From positions 1 through 57,983 of the IMG/VR virus record IMGVR_UViG_3300023174_005575: DNA of 57,983 bases. One strand, 5' to 3'. Source of the stretch: a virus (Duplodnaviria; Caudoviricetes). Below the pieces are notes generated by a model that searched no databases, was not told the DNA's origin, and was given only the letters and a program-made list of their open reading frames with translations. Positions within the stretch are counted from its first letter, which is position 1; every line of letters starts with the position of its first letter. Positions 28,901 to 38,475 of this stretch are shown here, piece after piece. The position numbers and the translations under genes were made by a program.

Positions 28901-31784
28901 TAATGTAGGCACAATTACTACTGGTCAAACTGTTAACTATATTCTATCGGAGCAAGAACCTAGTCAATTTTTAATATTAGATCCTTCAAAGAGTTATGAC
29001 TTCACAGGAATAACATCAGTAGTTGGTACTAACTATCAATCTATAGGCGATGTAACTGGTACAGGATATGGTGTACTTTACACATTAGATAATACAAATA
29101 TTATAGGTGGTTCAGGCTATACTCCAGCTTCAGGTTTCCAAGTTTATACTAATGTGCCATTAGTAGCAATCACTGGATCTGGTACAGGAGCCATCGCAGA
29201 CATCACAGTAACCAACGGCTCGGTCACTAATGTCTACTTGGTTAGAGGAGGTACTGGTTACGCTGTTAATGATCAAGTACGTGCTGCATATACTGACATT
29301 GGTGGTACTTATACTGTTCAATTTAGTATCAGAGTAACCAGTATACAGAAAAGACTGTATGTGACCACAGTTGGATCTCAAAAATTCATAGCCAGTAGTG
29401 TAGTTCCAGAATATATCTTTGATAACAATGCACTGGTTAATACATTAACTTTGACAACTACCAGTGCAAAAACATTCAACGCAGCTTCTTCGGGCGGGGA
29501 TGTTGATTATATCAATAGCAGAATAACTATCAGTAGTCACGGACTGTCTAATGGTGATCCTGTAAAATATACTTCTTCACCTTATCCTAACATAGGTGGT
29601 TTAGTTGGTGGCACTGTTTATTATATTAAAGTATATAACAGTAACACAGTTGAACTGTGTAGTGATTATACAATACAAAATAAAATCTCATTTGTTAGCA
29701 GTGGTACAGGCACGCAAAGTTTAACCGTAAATGCAATTGACCTTATTAAAGACACCGTATACTTGCCTGCACATGGGTTTGTCACAGGCGATCCTATTTG
29801 TCTAACAGGTGCAGCATTGCCAAATGGTCTACCATCTGGTAATTTTTATTTTATTGGATCTGTAACTGAAAATAGTTTTACACTACATCAACTTAAGGCA
29901 GATGCGTTATCCAGTATTAATGGGCAAACTGTTAATGCCATAAACTTATCTAGTACTGGAAGTGGCACTGCTACATTTACTTTACAAAACGTACAGATCG
30001 TAGGAACAGTTAATACTGGCTCCCAAACTTCCATTAACTGGAGCAGTTTAAGTGCCAATAACATTGATGCCAGCAACATAGTTAGTGGTATAGTTAATAC
30101 CAGTAGATTAGCCATTGGCACAGCCAACACAGGAACTTTCCTAAGGGGTGATAGCAGTTGGGCTAAAGCTGTTCAAACTTTAAAAACAGGCACCAATAGT
30201 CCTATAAGTTTAACAGGTGATTTTTTCACAACTGGTGGTACTAATAACTTCTATGCTGATGTTACATTAAACATTGATCCAGTAGATGGAACTCGTGGTG
30301 ATCAACTATACTCCAACAGTGGTGTAGTAGCATTCAGTAAAAGTCAATTTAATATAAGCGATGGAGTTACTGCTGGTAAAGTCTATATCAAAGATAATGT
30401 AATCGATGCTGCCACAGTAAACGGTAATAACAGTAGTTATCTATTAGATTCAGTTAACCATACTACACAGCCGGTTAACAAAGGCGGTACTAATTTAACC
30501 AGCTATACTACTGGTGACATGATATATGCCAATGCTAGTAGTTCGTTTGGCAAGTTAAACATTGGAGCAGTCAACAAGGTCATGGTCAGTACAGGCTCTG
30601 CACCGAGTTGGAGTGATACAATTAGTATAAAGGGATTGACGGTCAATGGTGATGTTAATCTTGAAGGTGGCATAGTTACAATCAATTCCGGCAAAGTTAA
30701 GATAGCTGATAAAAATATTGAATTAGGTGTAATTGCAGCACTGAATAATTTAACTGGCACTATTGCTGATTCGGCTAGTTTAACAACCATATCAGGAATG
30801 ACCAGCACAGCTGGAATCATTGGGGGAATGTTATTGACTAAGGTCAGTGGCAGCGGTGACGTTGGTCCTAATGCCAGAGTGGTTGATGTATTAAGTAATA
30901 CTGCCATAACTGTACAAGCAGATAGCAGTAATACTATAGGATCAATTACATTTAACCTTGGGGGTGTATCTGATTACTCGGCCGATAGTGGCGGCATTAC
31001 TGTACATGGTGCTGACAATAAAACTTTTGTTTGGAAAAGAACCACATCAGCATGGACCAGCAATGATAATTTAGATTTAGATTCCGGCAAGGTTTATAAG
31101 ATTGCAGGAACACAGGTACTGTCATCCTCAAATTTAGGTGCAGGAGTAACAGGCTCCAGTCTAACAACAGTGGGCACAATTGGCACTGGTACATGGCAAG
31201 GCACTATTGTCAATCCTACATATGGCGGCACTGGAGTTAATAATGGTATTAATACATTAACCTTGGGTGGTAGTTTATCTACTACAGGAGCATATAGTAC
31301 TAATTTAACAACTACAGCCACTACCAATATAACATTACCAACTACAGGCACATTGGCCACATTGGATAATCTTGAAACATTTACTAACAAGACATTGACC
31401 AGTCCAACCATCACAGGAACTGGTTCGATTGCTGCTGGTGAAGTTACATTGGACAATGAAACAGTTCTAATAGATTCAAGTACACTGACCACAACTACCA
31501 CAGCCACTGATCAAGTAGCAGCTACGGTTAATGGTGTAAAATATAGAACTGTGGAGTTTACAGTGTCAGTGACCAGTGGCGCATACTATCATGCCTTAAA
31601 GATTCTAGTAGTGCATGATGGTGCCGCAGTATTTTTGACACAATATGGAGAAATCTTGTCCAACCCTAGCCAATTATTGGCCACATTCACTGCTGATATT
31701 TCAGCTAATAATATTAGATTGTTAACTACACCAGTGTTCAACGACACTGTGTATAAGGTCGCAATCAATGCAATTTCAGTATAA
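22968..31784 (+). CDS. Giant tail-fibre/adhesin-like virion protein (2938 aa)
   Basis: KIQLRRDTAANW N-domain; GDIY(A/S)xDG/ENGTDG repeats; GNVT repeats; three HG(L/F)xxG(D/Q) modules; C-terminal YRTVEF...TQYGEI domain. Confidence 0.85.
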   Translation: MAKKIQLRRDTAANWSRVNPKLAQGEIGVDITNKNFKIGDGINLWNQLTYAVTSSKLSNLLGTTFVSTGTDQYPTYTIFYNNGSNTVNISPALFEIQNGVNVRVLSATESTDSTTGALVVTGGAGVGGDLNVAGDITANSISLDQALSTNLVGNVTGNVTGNLTGAIYSVNGTRILNNGTDGTNASFNGHVNGTITSTGQSTFTRADISSGYIDNTIIGSITPASIIGTTIRANTGFVGDLYANNGSSKILENGTDGTNASFTGKLIGDIYAADGVTKILENGTDGTDAVFTGTVNTTTGVTGRLIGDVYAADGVNKILENGSDGTNAVFTGKLIGDIYSADGVTKILENGTNGTNASFNGSLSGNVTGNVAGDLTGDVYASNGTTKVLENGNGTTVPAAFTGNIIGDIYAADGVTKVLENGTDGSNASFNGSLSGNVTGNVAGNLTGDVYASNGTSKILDNGTDGTNAVFTGNVNSSGKSTFNEVAIYSTTGTPGTIDNTEIGKTTPSPIAGTTITGTVITATDKFVGVFQGNSSGSFTGDLKGDIIANNEVKVLDNGTDGFNATFTGSVTGNINSTGPSSFSNVTISGGTINTTPIGATTPSSVKGTTITATSGFSGALTGNVTGNVTGNVTGNVTGNVTGNVTGNVTGNVTGDITSTGTSSFSNIGVTGGNIDSTPIGNTTPTTVKGTTITATTGFIGDLTGNVTGNLTGNVTGNVTGNLTGNVTGDITSTGTSSFSNIGVTGGNIDSTPIGATTPTTVKGTTITATTGFGGDLTGNVTSTGPSSFSNITVTGGSINTTTIGATNPTTVKGTTITATTGFVGNLTGNVTGDLTGNVTGNVTGNVTGNLTGNVTGNVTSTGTSSFSDIDITGGKINNTPIGATTPTTVKGTTITATTGFIGDLTGNVTSTGSSSFTNVAVTGGSINNTPIGATTPSTVDGTTIKANEQIINNAGQLKFKELATNGVTSVNFKAPDYLLSSYTMTLPTALGLDGYVLGQNVTGELEFVSPDAFGGGKVNVSNVYGDDDNDGINKPVKTVKRALQIASGIVYDSNGKPNDKKLVVSVANGEYYEDNPIIIPDNVSVQGAGLRACNIRPLNANLDMLRVRNGCYFTGFTFRDNLNVNGAPQFTFDYAVSFDDPTDPNCDRTGYVNMPTARPTITISPYIQNCSIISFLGGNGVLIDGNKVNTPNKPKNPNEVENPVEGPEPEQGKSMVANAFTMLSFGGTGWRVINDAYAQIVSCFQIFCLNGSYCQSGGYLSITNSATNFGKYALRASGYSPNAFSFNRGVVVGTGTSGAQQTIQAIGFGQLPVQDYVIRFRDNVYKNAYFLLQEYKSLLQTQVITWISTQVSGNISPFTSSFVYDEDKCHRDVGLLIDAVANDVLTGGNSRSVEAGRSYADADVAALTAQKAQNIAAFEYLKGRASAVVTELNIGFIIEEKFDIIIGIIDDPASAPDSISFSNVGDISADYQPISASDYVNFNANTNVNFVDNVFNINNHGLLNGQKIIYNSNGNSTIPGLNNEQTYYVDFVTINQFGLFYDNSLTTRVNILGNSTGQQRFVKNVKEFYVDSIVDSHTDYQKLTLDATFSTQFVTGRVIEGTTGGSPNRAYVYNYDILTKELIVSLDYVTVNNVISRRPFNDTSVINYDHASSPNSNISVTAVDSINTLYTVDVKILPVTNGTQLVNLGTLPEKQIWLHRPSIVNSSSHSWEYAGSGTDYNALPQNGGKGDAIYEQFSDLPGRVYTSGTNELGDFKVGNFIKAENKTGNVTFTNTVTIGALAALRLAVGNVTIEEFSTDIGLGDNEVGGPKDTRLSTQLAVKSYLANRLGDFIDKRVSTNNVSGAIPQLNSLGQLNADIIPPVRNFLSYRSQGYDSRLVQVQNIPAVNLLNGDLATETYSIQELTLNRAITAADGTLVEQNTTGAKGVIIGNVAAATLITVGSYLNATFNAVFNTTNTLVIGGDSTPSDTNQSVTPSNVGTITTGQTVNYILSEQEPSQFLILDPSKSYDFTGITSVVGTNYQSIGDVTGTGYGVLYTLDNTNIIGGSGYTPASGFQVYTNVPLVAITGSGTGAIADITVTNGSVTNVYLVRGGTGYAVNDQVRAAYTDIGGTYTVQFSIRVTSIQKRLYVTTVGSQKFIASSVVPEYIFDNNALVNTLTLTTTSAKTFNAASSGGDVDYINSRITISSHGLSNGDPVKYTSSPYPNIGGLVGGTVYYIKVYNSNTVELCSDYTIQNKISFVSSGTGTQSLTVNAIDLIKDTVYLPAHGFVTGDPICLTGAALPNGLPSGNFYFIGSVTENSFTLHQLKADALSSINGQTVNAINLSSTGSGTATFTLQNVQIVGTVNTGSQTSINWSSLSANNIDASNIVSGIVNTSRLAIGTANTGTFLRGDSSWAKAVQTLKTGTNSPISLTGDFFTTGGTNNFYADVTLNIDPVDGTRGDQLYSNSGVVAFSKSQFNISDGVTAGKVYIKDNVIDAATVNGNNSSYLLDSVNHTTQPVNKGGTNLTSYTTGDMIYANASSSFGKLNIGAVNKVMVSTGSAPSWSDTISIKGLTVNGDVNLEGGIVTINSGKVKIADKNIELGVIAALNNLTGTIADSASLTTISGMTSTAGIIGGMLLTKVSGSGDVGPNARVVDVLSNTAITVQADSSNTIGSITFNLGGVSDYSADSGGITVHGADNKTFVWKRTTSAWTSNDNLDLDSGKVYKIAGTQVLSSSNLGAGVTGSSLTTVGTIGTGTWQGTIVNPTYGGTGVNNGINTLTLGGSLSTTGAYSTNLTTTATTNITLPTTGTLATLDNLETFTNKTLTSPTITGTGSIAAGEVTLDNETVLIDSSTLTTTTTATDQVAATVNGVKYRTVEFTVSVTSGAYYHALKILVVHDGAAVFLTQYGEILSNPSQLLATFTADISANNIRLLTTPVFNDTVYKVAINAISV
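24834..24929 (+). repeat. 12-bp tandem repeat (GGYAATGTCACA) x8 encoding GNVT
   Basis: Direct reading; shorter GN(V/L)T blocks recur to about 25550. Confidence 0.9.
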
Positions 31785-31820
31785 CAATAAATATACTACT
31801 AGATAACTTGGAATAAAAAT

Positions 31821-34583
31821 ATGACCGCGACTACTAAACGATTTGTAGCAAAAAATGGATTAGACAACAATGCTAATTCTATTTCAAATTTAGGTGCAAC
31901 AGGAGCATCATTGGCCTTAAATGGTCAATACGCAGTTACACTAACTAGTACTGGTATAACTGGCGTTACACTACCTACAACAGGTACATTGGCTACATTG
32001 TCAAATGATGAAACACTCAGTACTAAAACCATTGCTTCTAGTACTGGTCTTAAATTTGCAGGATCAACTAGTGGAACTATTACAGTTCAAGCCGCTGCGA
32101 CTGCCACAGGAACGTTGACGTTACCAGCAGTGGCCTCTAGTGACACATTGGTTGGCAGAGCCACTACTGACACATTTACTAACAAAACATTTGATGCAGC
32201 TGGAACTGGTAATGTATTTAAGATTGGTAGCGCAACGATAAGCACAACAACTGGAACTGCTGGCACAGCAGTTGTATTAGCTACAAGTCCCACATTAGTC
32301 ACTCCTACATTAGGAGCTGCCACTGCTACAACAATCAATAGGGTTACAATAACAGCACCAGCTACTGGTTCAACATTGACCATTGCAGATGGCAAAACTC
32401 TAACAGCCAACAATACATTAACATTCACTGGCACTGACTCAATTAGCGTAGGATTCGGTGGCGGTGGCACAGTGGCTTATACGGCCAATAAATTAAGTGC
32501 GTTTTCTGCAACAAGTAGTAGTGAATTAGCCGGGGTAATCAGTGATGAAACTGGCACGGGTGTACTAGTATTTGGAACTAGTCCTACCTTTACTACCACT
32601 ATAGATGGCGGTGCAACATTTGGAGCTTTTGCTAGTTCGACAGCATTGACTGTGGGATACACCGGAACATCAGCCAGTACTACAAATATTTCAAATGGTG
32701 TAAATACCAGTGGAGTAACTAAAACAGTTAATATTGGTACAGGTGGAGCAACAGGTTCCACATCCAATATAAACTTAGGCAGTGCCAGTGGTGGCACTAC
32801 CACAGTCAATGCTGATTTAAGTGTAGCTGGCAATGCGGTAGTTACAGGAAATTTAACAGTTAATGGTACTACTACAACATTCAACACGAATGTATTGTCT
32901 GTTGATGATAAAAATTTAGATTTAGGTTCAGTTGCAGCAGTAAGTGTAACAGGTACTATAGCAGCTGGATCCGCCGTTGTTACAAGCCTAGCCAGTACAG
33001 CAAATATTATTCCTGGTTCGTCAGTTACTAGTTTAAGTAGTGCAGGAACAGTTACGCTACCAGCAAGTACAACAGTTTTATCGGTTGATAGCGCAACACA
33101 GATTACATTAAGCCAAGCATTAACGGGCTCTGGTACAGCAGCAGCAGCAATTTTAAATATATCCGGTGCAACAGATACTACTGCCAATGGTGGTGGTATT
33201 ACACTTAAAGGTGCTACAGATAAAACTATTATTTGGGATAGTACCAATAGCAATTGGACCAGCAGTGAGCATTGGAACATAGCCACTGGCAAGGCATTTA
33301 AAATCAATAACACTAGTGTATTAAATGCAACAACATTAGGATCAACAGTAGTTGCTTCAAGCTTGACTAGCGTAGGCACAATTGGTACTGGTACATGGCA
33401 GGGTACTGTAATTACAGGAACTTATGGCGGAACTGGTGTAAACAACGGCACTAAGACAATAACTTTAGGTGGCAATCTAACAACCAGCACAGGCAATTTA
33501 ACACTAACTGCTCAAGCAGGTGGATCTAGCGTAACTGTGCCAACCGCAGGCACATTGGCCACATTAGCTGGTAGTGAGACATTAAGTAGTAAAACATTGA
33601 CGCTGCCAATTATCGAAGGCACAGGTGCTAACTTTAGTGGATCAACTAGCGGAACAACTACCCTATTAGCTACAGCAATAGCAGGAACTACCACAATAAC
33701 ATTACCTGCTGTAACTGGTACGGTTGTAACAACTGGTGATACTGGCACTGTTACCAATACTATGTTAGCTGGATCAATTGCCAATGCTAAATTAACTAAT
33801 AGCAGTATTAGCATTAACGGCCAACCAGTTAGTTTGGGAGGAAGTGTAACTGTATCTGCAACAGCAACCGCAGCATTAACCATTGGCACTGGCCTAAGTG
33901 GAACCAGTTCCACTTACAATGGATCAGCAGCAGTGACCATTTCTATAGATACTGCTACTACAGTTGATAAGACAACATCACAAACTTTAACTAACAAAAC
34001 ACTAACAAGTCCAGTTATTAGTACAATTAGTAATACTGGTACATTGACATTACCAACAATCACTGACACATTGGTTGGCAGAGCCACTACTGATACATTT
34101 ACTAACAAAACATTTGATACAGCCGGTGCTGGTAATGTATTACAAATTAATGGCACACAAGTAAGTGCAGTAACTGGTACAGGAGCAGTTGTGTTAGCTG
34201 CAAGTCCAACAATTACTGGTACACTTGCTACATCTGCTATTACTATTGACAGCTTATTATTAGAAGATACTGCTTCACTTAGTGCAACTACCACAGGAAC
34301 CAATCAAGTAATTGCTTCAGTGGCCAGCGCCACATATAGAAGTGTGGAATTTTTAGTTTCGATTACTTATAGTACTAGCTATCATTTAACCAAAATTTTA
34401 GCCATACATGATGGCACCGCAGTATATATGACTCAATATGGCGAAATATATTCATCAGCTAGTTTGGCTACATTTGATATGGATATATCTGGAGGTAATC
34501 TTAGATTATTAGCTAGTCCAGTAACTGCATCAGTAGGAACACCAACAGTATTTAAAGTAGCCATTAAAGCAGTAGCAGTTTAA
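31821..34583 (+). CDS. Thr/Gly-rich tail-fibre protein (920 aa)
   Basis: TLTNKT(L/F)/TLP repeats; C-terminal domain paralogous to that of ORF 22968; internal ~55-nt duplication (about 32141 and 34064). Confidence 0.8.
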   Translation: MTATTKRFVAKNGLDNNANSISNLGATGASLALNGQYAVTLTSTGITGVTLPTTGTLATLSNDETLSTKTIASSTGLKFAGSTSGTITVQAAATATGTLTLPAVASSDTLVGRATTDTFTNKTFDAAGTGNVFKIGSATISTTTGTAGTAVVLATSPTLVTPTLGAATATTINRVTITAPATGSTLTIADGKTLTANNTLTFTGTDSISVGFGGGGTVAYTANKLSAFSATSSSELAGVISDETGTGVLVFGTSPTFTTTIDGGATFGAFASSTALTVGYTGTSASTTNISNGVNTSGVTKTVNIGTGGATGSTSNINLGSASGGTTTVNADLSVAGNAVVTGNLTVNGTTTTFNTNVLSVDDKNLDLGSVAAVSVTGTIAAGSAVVTSLASTANIIPGSSVTSLSSAGTVTLPASTTVLSVDSATQITLSQALTGSGTAAAAILNISGATDTTANGGGITLKGATDKTIIWDSTNSNWTSSEHWNIATGKAFKINNTSVLNATTLGSTVVASSLTSVGTIGTGTWQGTVITGTYGGTGVNNGTKTITLGGNLTTSTGNLTLTAQAGGSSVTVPTAGTLATLAGSETLSSKTLTLPIIEGTGANFSGSTSGTTTLLATAIAGTTTITLPAVTGTVVTTGDTGTVTNTMLAGSIANAKLTNSSISINGQPVSLGGSVTVSATATAALTIGTGLSGTSSTYNGSAAVTISIDTATTVDKTTSQTLTNKTLTSPVISTISNTGTLTLPTITDTLVGRATTDTFTNKTFDTAGAGNVLQINGTQVSAVTGTGAVVLAASPTITGTLATSAITIDSLLLEDTASLSATTTGTNQVIASVASATYRSVEFLVSITYSTSYHLTKILAIHDGTAVYMTQYGEIYSSASLATFDMDISGGNLRLLASPVTASVGTPTVFKVAIKAVAV

Positions 34584-34614
34584 ATAGCTTAAAATTTGAG
34601 GAAAAGGGAATCAA

Positions 34615-36051
34615 ATGCCGGCAACCAAAAAGAGTTTTTCAGTAAAGAGTGGATTAGATGCAAACGCCAACTCTATTAGTAATTTAGGTGCATCCAGTTC
34701 GTCTTTGGCACTCAGCGGCGGACATTCTGTTGTACTAACCACAGGTGGTGCAACTACGTTAACATTACCGATAAATGGCACTTTATTATATGATGGTGGT
34801 GCATTAGGAACTCCAGCAAGTGGAAATTTATCCAACTGTACATTTCCTACATTAAATCAAAATACAACTGGGTATTCTTCAAACTTAGCAGGTGGTAATA
34901 ATACTACATTATTAGGAGCATTGCCATATCAAAGTGCTGCCAATACAACAACTTTGCTAAGTCCAAATACAACTACAACTAAGAAATTCTTACGTATGAC
35001 AGGAACTGGCACTAATGGTGCAGCACCAGCGTGGGATACTTTGGTAGCTAGCGATGTTCCTACATTAAATCAAAATACCACAGGTAGTGCTGCCACATTG
35101 ACAACACCACGAGCAATTAACGGCGTAAACTTTGATGGTAGCGCAGCAATTACCGTAACAGCAGCCGCTGGCACTTTAACTGGTGCTACATTAAACAGCA
35201 GTGTTACAGGTAGTAGTTTGACCAGTCTTGGTACGTTGACAAGTTTATCTGTTTCTAATAGCACAGTGTCCAGCTGGACATCCACAATGACTAGTGGAAC
35301 ATTGGGAGGGACAGCTGGTAACCAAGTATTAGTACAGCGTCTAACTAATAATAACGGTAATATAAACTATTTAGAAATAACAGACACAAGAACAGCAACC
35401 GGTTCAGATTGGACTACAGCCGGAACACGTATACAAGAAAAAGTCGATAGTACTTGGATGGGATTTATTCAATTTAATGGAAATGGAAATAATGGTGGTA
35501 TTACGTTTGGCACTGGTACAACTACGGTAAGTGCGACCTCAATTTCAGAACGTCTTAGAATTGATTCCAGCGGTAATGTATATCCTGTAGCAAGCAATAC
35601 ATATAACTTAGGCGGGGCAAGCAACCTTTGGGCTACAGTATATGCTACAACATTTAACGGTACAGCAACAATAGCACGTTATGCTGACTTGGCGGAAAAT
35701 TATACCTCTGATCAAAACTATGATTATGGTACAGTATTAATGATCGGTGGGGAAAAGGAAGTGACCATAGCTGATGCGGATACACAACGGCTTGCTGGTG
35801 TAGTATCACAAAATCCAGCATATTTAATGAACAGTGCCTGTGAAGGTGAATATGTAGTAGCAATTGCTCTACAAGGAAGAACTCCAGTGAGAGTTAAGGG
35901 TAAGGTAAATAAAGGTGACTTTTTAGTGTCAGCAGGAGATGGATATGCCAAAGCCACTGACAATCCTAAAATTGGTTCTATCATTGGCAAAAGCCTAGAA
36001 TCATTTGATGGACAATATGGCATGGTAGAAGTAATGGTAGGTCGACTATGA
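34615..36051 (+). CDS. Tail-fibre protein with C-terminal autocleaving-chaperone-like domain
   Basis: N-terminus paralogous to ORF 31821; TPRAINGVNFDGS; ERLRIDSSG; YADLAENY...IALQGRTPV...KGD.LVS tail. Confidence 0.75.
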   Translation: MPATKKSFSVKSGLDANANSISNLGASSSSLALSGGHSVVLTTGGATTLTLPINGTLLYDGGALGTPASGNLSNCTFPTLNQNTTGYSSNLAGGNNTTLLGALPYQSAANTTTLLSPNTTTTKKFLRMTGTGTNGAAPAWDTLVASDVPTLNQNTTGSAATLTTPRAINGVNFDGSAAITVTAAAGTLTGATLNSSVTGSSLTSLGTLTSLSVSNSTVSSWTSTMTSGTLGGTAGNQVLVQRLTNNNGNINYLEITDTRTATGSDWTTAGTRIQEKVDSTWMGFIQFNGNGNNGGITFGTGTTTVSATSISERLRIDSSGNVYPVASNTYNLGGASNLWATVYATTFNGTATIARYADLAENYTSDQNYDYGTVLMIGGEKEVTIADADTQRLAGVVSQNPAYLMNSACEGEYVVAIALQGRTPVRVKGKVNKGDFLVSAGDGYAKATDNPKIGSIIGKSLESFDGQYGMVEVMVGRL

Positions 36052-36872
36052 AAACTTTAATAAAATCAGCATTTTTTTTACTAGCATTAACACTAACAAA
36101 TACTACTCACGCTTGGACACAACGTCCAGTGTTACCTGTTCAGCAATGCGAACAACACAGTCCATATGGATTTGCCACTACAAAAAGTCAACTAACTCCA
36201 ATTTGTCGTCAAGCTTATTTGAGTGCTTATGATGCAGCAGCTAAAATACCTAAGTATGTTAGTTACACATTAGAACCCAAAAATGCATTAGGTTGTGTTG
36301 AACGTACTAATGCTTTTGTAGCTGATGCCAGTGTGCCTGGCGGCCCCACACCAGATGATTATGTAGGCACGGGCTATGATAAAGGACATGCTGTTCCGGA
36401 TGGCGATCTCAGTTGGGATCAACAGGTAGAATATGAAAGTTTCCTAATGACCAATATGTATCCACAGGCTGGTTCTTTGAATAGAGGCATATGGAAATTA
36501 TTAGAAACTTCAGTTCGTGGATGGTCTGTGCAATTAAACAGTAGTTATACCATATATGTAGGTGCAGTATACGACAATAACGATAAAAAAATTGGTAAAA
36601 ATATTGTTGTTCCACATGGATTCTATAAAATTGTAGTTAATAACTCAACTAAAGAAGTTGCTGGATGGGCTTTTCCACATGTTCCTCCATACCCTAATTT
36701 AGGCAATGATCTTATCAAGTTCAGAATGCCTATTAGTCAAATTGAATCAGCAGCTGATGTAAAATTTGGGTTTCCTAAAGGTGCCGTAGAATTATCTCCA
36801 GGTAAAGAGTGGCCAGTAAATTTTGGTCAGTTAACTACAGACAAACGTAAAAAGTGTGGTAAAGCAGATTAA
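36048..36872 (+). CDS. Secreted DNA/RNA non-specific endonuclease (NucA/EndA beta-beta-alpha-Me family)
   Basis: Signal peptide (..THA/W); YDKGH, FLMTNMYPQ..LNRGIW..LE, VPHGFYKIV. Confidence 0.88.
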   Translation: MKTLIKSAFFLLALTLTNTTHAWTQRPVLPVQQCEQHSPYGFATTKSQLTPICRQAYLSAYDAAAKIPKYVSYTLEPKNALGCVERTNAFVADASVPGGPTPDDYVGTGYDKGHAVPDGDLSWDQQVEYESFLMTNMYPQAGSLNRGIWKLLETSVRGWSVQLNSSYTIYVGAVYDNNDKKIGKNIVVPHGFYKIVVNNSTKEVAGWAFPHVPPYPNLGNDLIKFRMPISQIESAADVKFGFPKGAVELSPGKEWPVNFGQLTTDKRKKCGKAD

Positions 36873-38119
36873 TGGCTGAATATACTACTGACATAGAAAG
36901 AATAGCAACAGCTTTAGAAAGGATTGCTACTTCTTTGGAATTTTTTAAAGATAATGGAGTATTGACCAAAGGTACAGCAGATGAGTTAAACACTCATTCT
37001 TTGGCTAAAACTATTTTAAGTCAAGGAACTTCATTAACTGATGCAGTAAAATCTGGAAAAGCAATTCAAGATGCCGTTAAAGATTTAGTTGCCGATCCCG
37101 ATGATCCCACTAAAAAAGTACCCAATCCTCCTAAAACTTTACTAGTAAAAGGTGTATGGAATTCTTCCCAAAGATATTTAAAAGAAGAAATGACTTCATA
37201 TAATGATAAGATTTGGTTATGTTTAAGAGATAATTTTGGCATTATTCCAGAGGATGATCCCAGTTACTGGATATCTCCAAGTTGTAACGATATAAAAAAT
37301 ATTCAAGATGCTCCGCCTTTGCCAAAAATTGCCAATGACATACATTCTACTACTCCGGAAGAAGGTGAAGTAGTATGTAATCCTGATACTGGTGAAAAAT
37401 CTATAGGTAAAAAGGATGGCAGTACAACACCATTAAATGATAATTCCTTAAGAGAAGTAGAAGGCATTCCTACTGCAAAAAATGTAGGCAATTGGTCTAG
37501 TCGAAAACAGTATGCAAAAAATGACGTTGTAACTTATAATAATAAATTTTGGGTTGCCGATGAAGATCCTCTGGCCGGAATGGCTCCTTCGGAAAATAAT
37601 GGATGGTATGAAACTAAAAAAATTAGTGAAATTCCCATATTTTATCCACCAAATGATCTTCCTACCCCGCCCACCCCAACTTATACATTGACGTCAGTTA
37701 CGTCTAGCGTAAATGAAGGAACTACTTTAAGATTTAACTTGGGCGGCACAAATATTCCAGACGGTATATATCGTTGGAAAGTGACTAACACTACTGATTT
37801 TTTAACAAATACAGAATTATTTACAATTACAAATAACTCTGGATACTTTATAGTATATTTAATGCCCGATTCTTTAACTGAGGGGCCTGAAACGTTTACA
37901 GCATCTGTTTGGTTAGATGACACATTATTAGTAACAAGCGATCCAGTTACTATTAATGATACAAGTACTACGCCTACTCCTCCTCATACTGTTTGGAGCG
38001 CCAGTGTTCATTATTCCAAAGATGATGTTGTAGAATTTTGTGGCATTTACTATGTGGCAAAAGTAAATACTTTTAGAACAATACCAAGTAGAAGTCCTAC
38101 TGATTGGAGAGTATATTAA
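36872..38119 (+). CDS. Protein with CBM5/12-like carbohydrate-binding repeats and a Calx-beta-like segment
   Basis: Three W-x4-Y-x3-(D/E)-x-V-x-(Y/F)-like modules; SVNEG...DSLTEGPETF. Confidence 0.6.
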   Translation: MAEYTTDIERIATALERIATSLEFFKDNGVLTKGTADELNTHSLAKTILSQGTSLTDAVKSGKAIQDAVKDLVADPDDPTKKVPNPPKTLLVKGVWNSSQRYLKEEMTSYNDKIWLCLRDNFGIIPEDDPSYWISPSCNDIKNIQDAPPLPKIANDIHSTTPEEGEVVCNPDTGEKSIGKKDGSTTPLNDNSLREVEGIPTAKNVGNWSSRKQYAKNDVVTYNNKFWVADEDPLAGMAPSENNGWYETKKISEIPIFYPPNDLPTPPTPTYTLTSVTSSVNEGTTLRFNLGGTNIPDGIYRWKVTNTTDFLTNTELFTITNNSGYFIVYLMPDSLTEGPETFTASVWLDDTLLVTSDPVTINDTSTTPTPPHTVWSASVHYSKDDVVEFCGIYYVAKVNTFRTIPSRSPTDWRVY

Positions 38120-38424
38120 TGCCAGGTGTAGCAAGAGAGGGCGATTCCACAACAACTGGTCATGGTTGTAGCGCAACAACCACAATAACTGGTGCAACAG
38201 GCGCCGGTGCTGGAGTATTTGCAAACGGTATTCCTATAGAGTGCGTGGGAAATCCTACAGCACCACATACTATCAAAGTGGGAAAATACTGTATTCTACA
38301 TCCCGCAGTAATCAATGCAGGTTCGCCTAATGTATTTGTAGGCGGAGTTGCCGTTGCTCGAATTGGGGACTCCACAGACGGTGGAGCAATTACTTCCGGG
38401 TCTGCAGACGTCATAATCAACTGA
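38119..38424 (+). CDS. PAAR-repeat spike-tip protein (T4 gp5.4-like); start revised to 38119
   Basis: VAREGD..TGHGC, VFANGIP, GSPNVFVGG..VARIGD, GSADV; TAATG overlap. Confidence 0.9.
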   Translation: MPGVAREGDSTTTGHGCSATTTITGATGAGAGVFANGIPIECVGNPTAPHTIKVGKYCILHPAVINAGSPNVFVGGVAVARIGDSTDGGAITSGSADVIIN

Positions 38425-38475
38425 AAATTTTCACACCTTGCTTTATAGGCTTAAATAAGCATATACAACAAAGGA

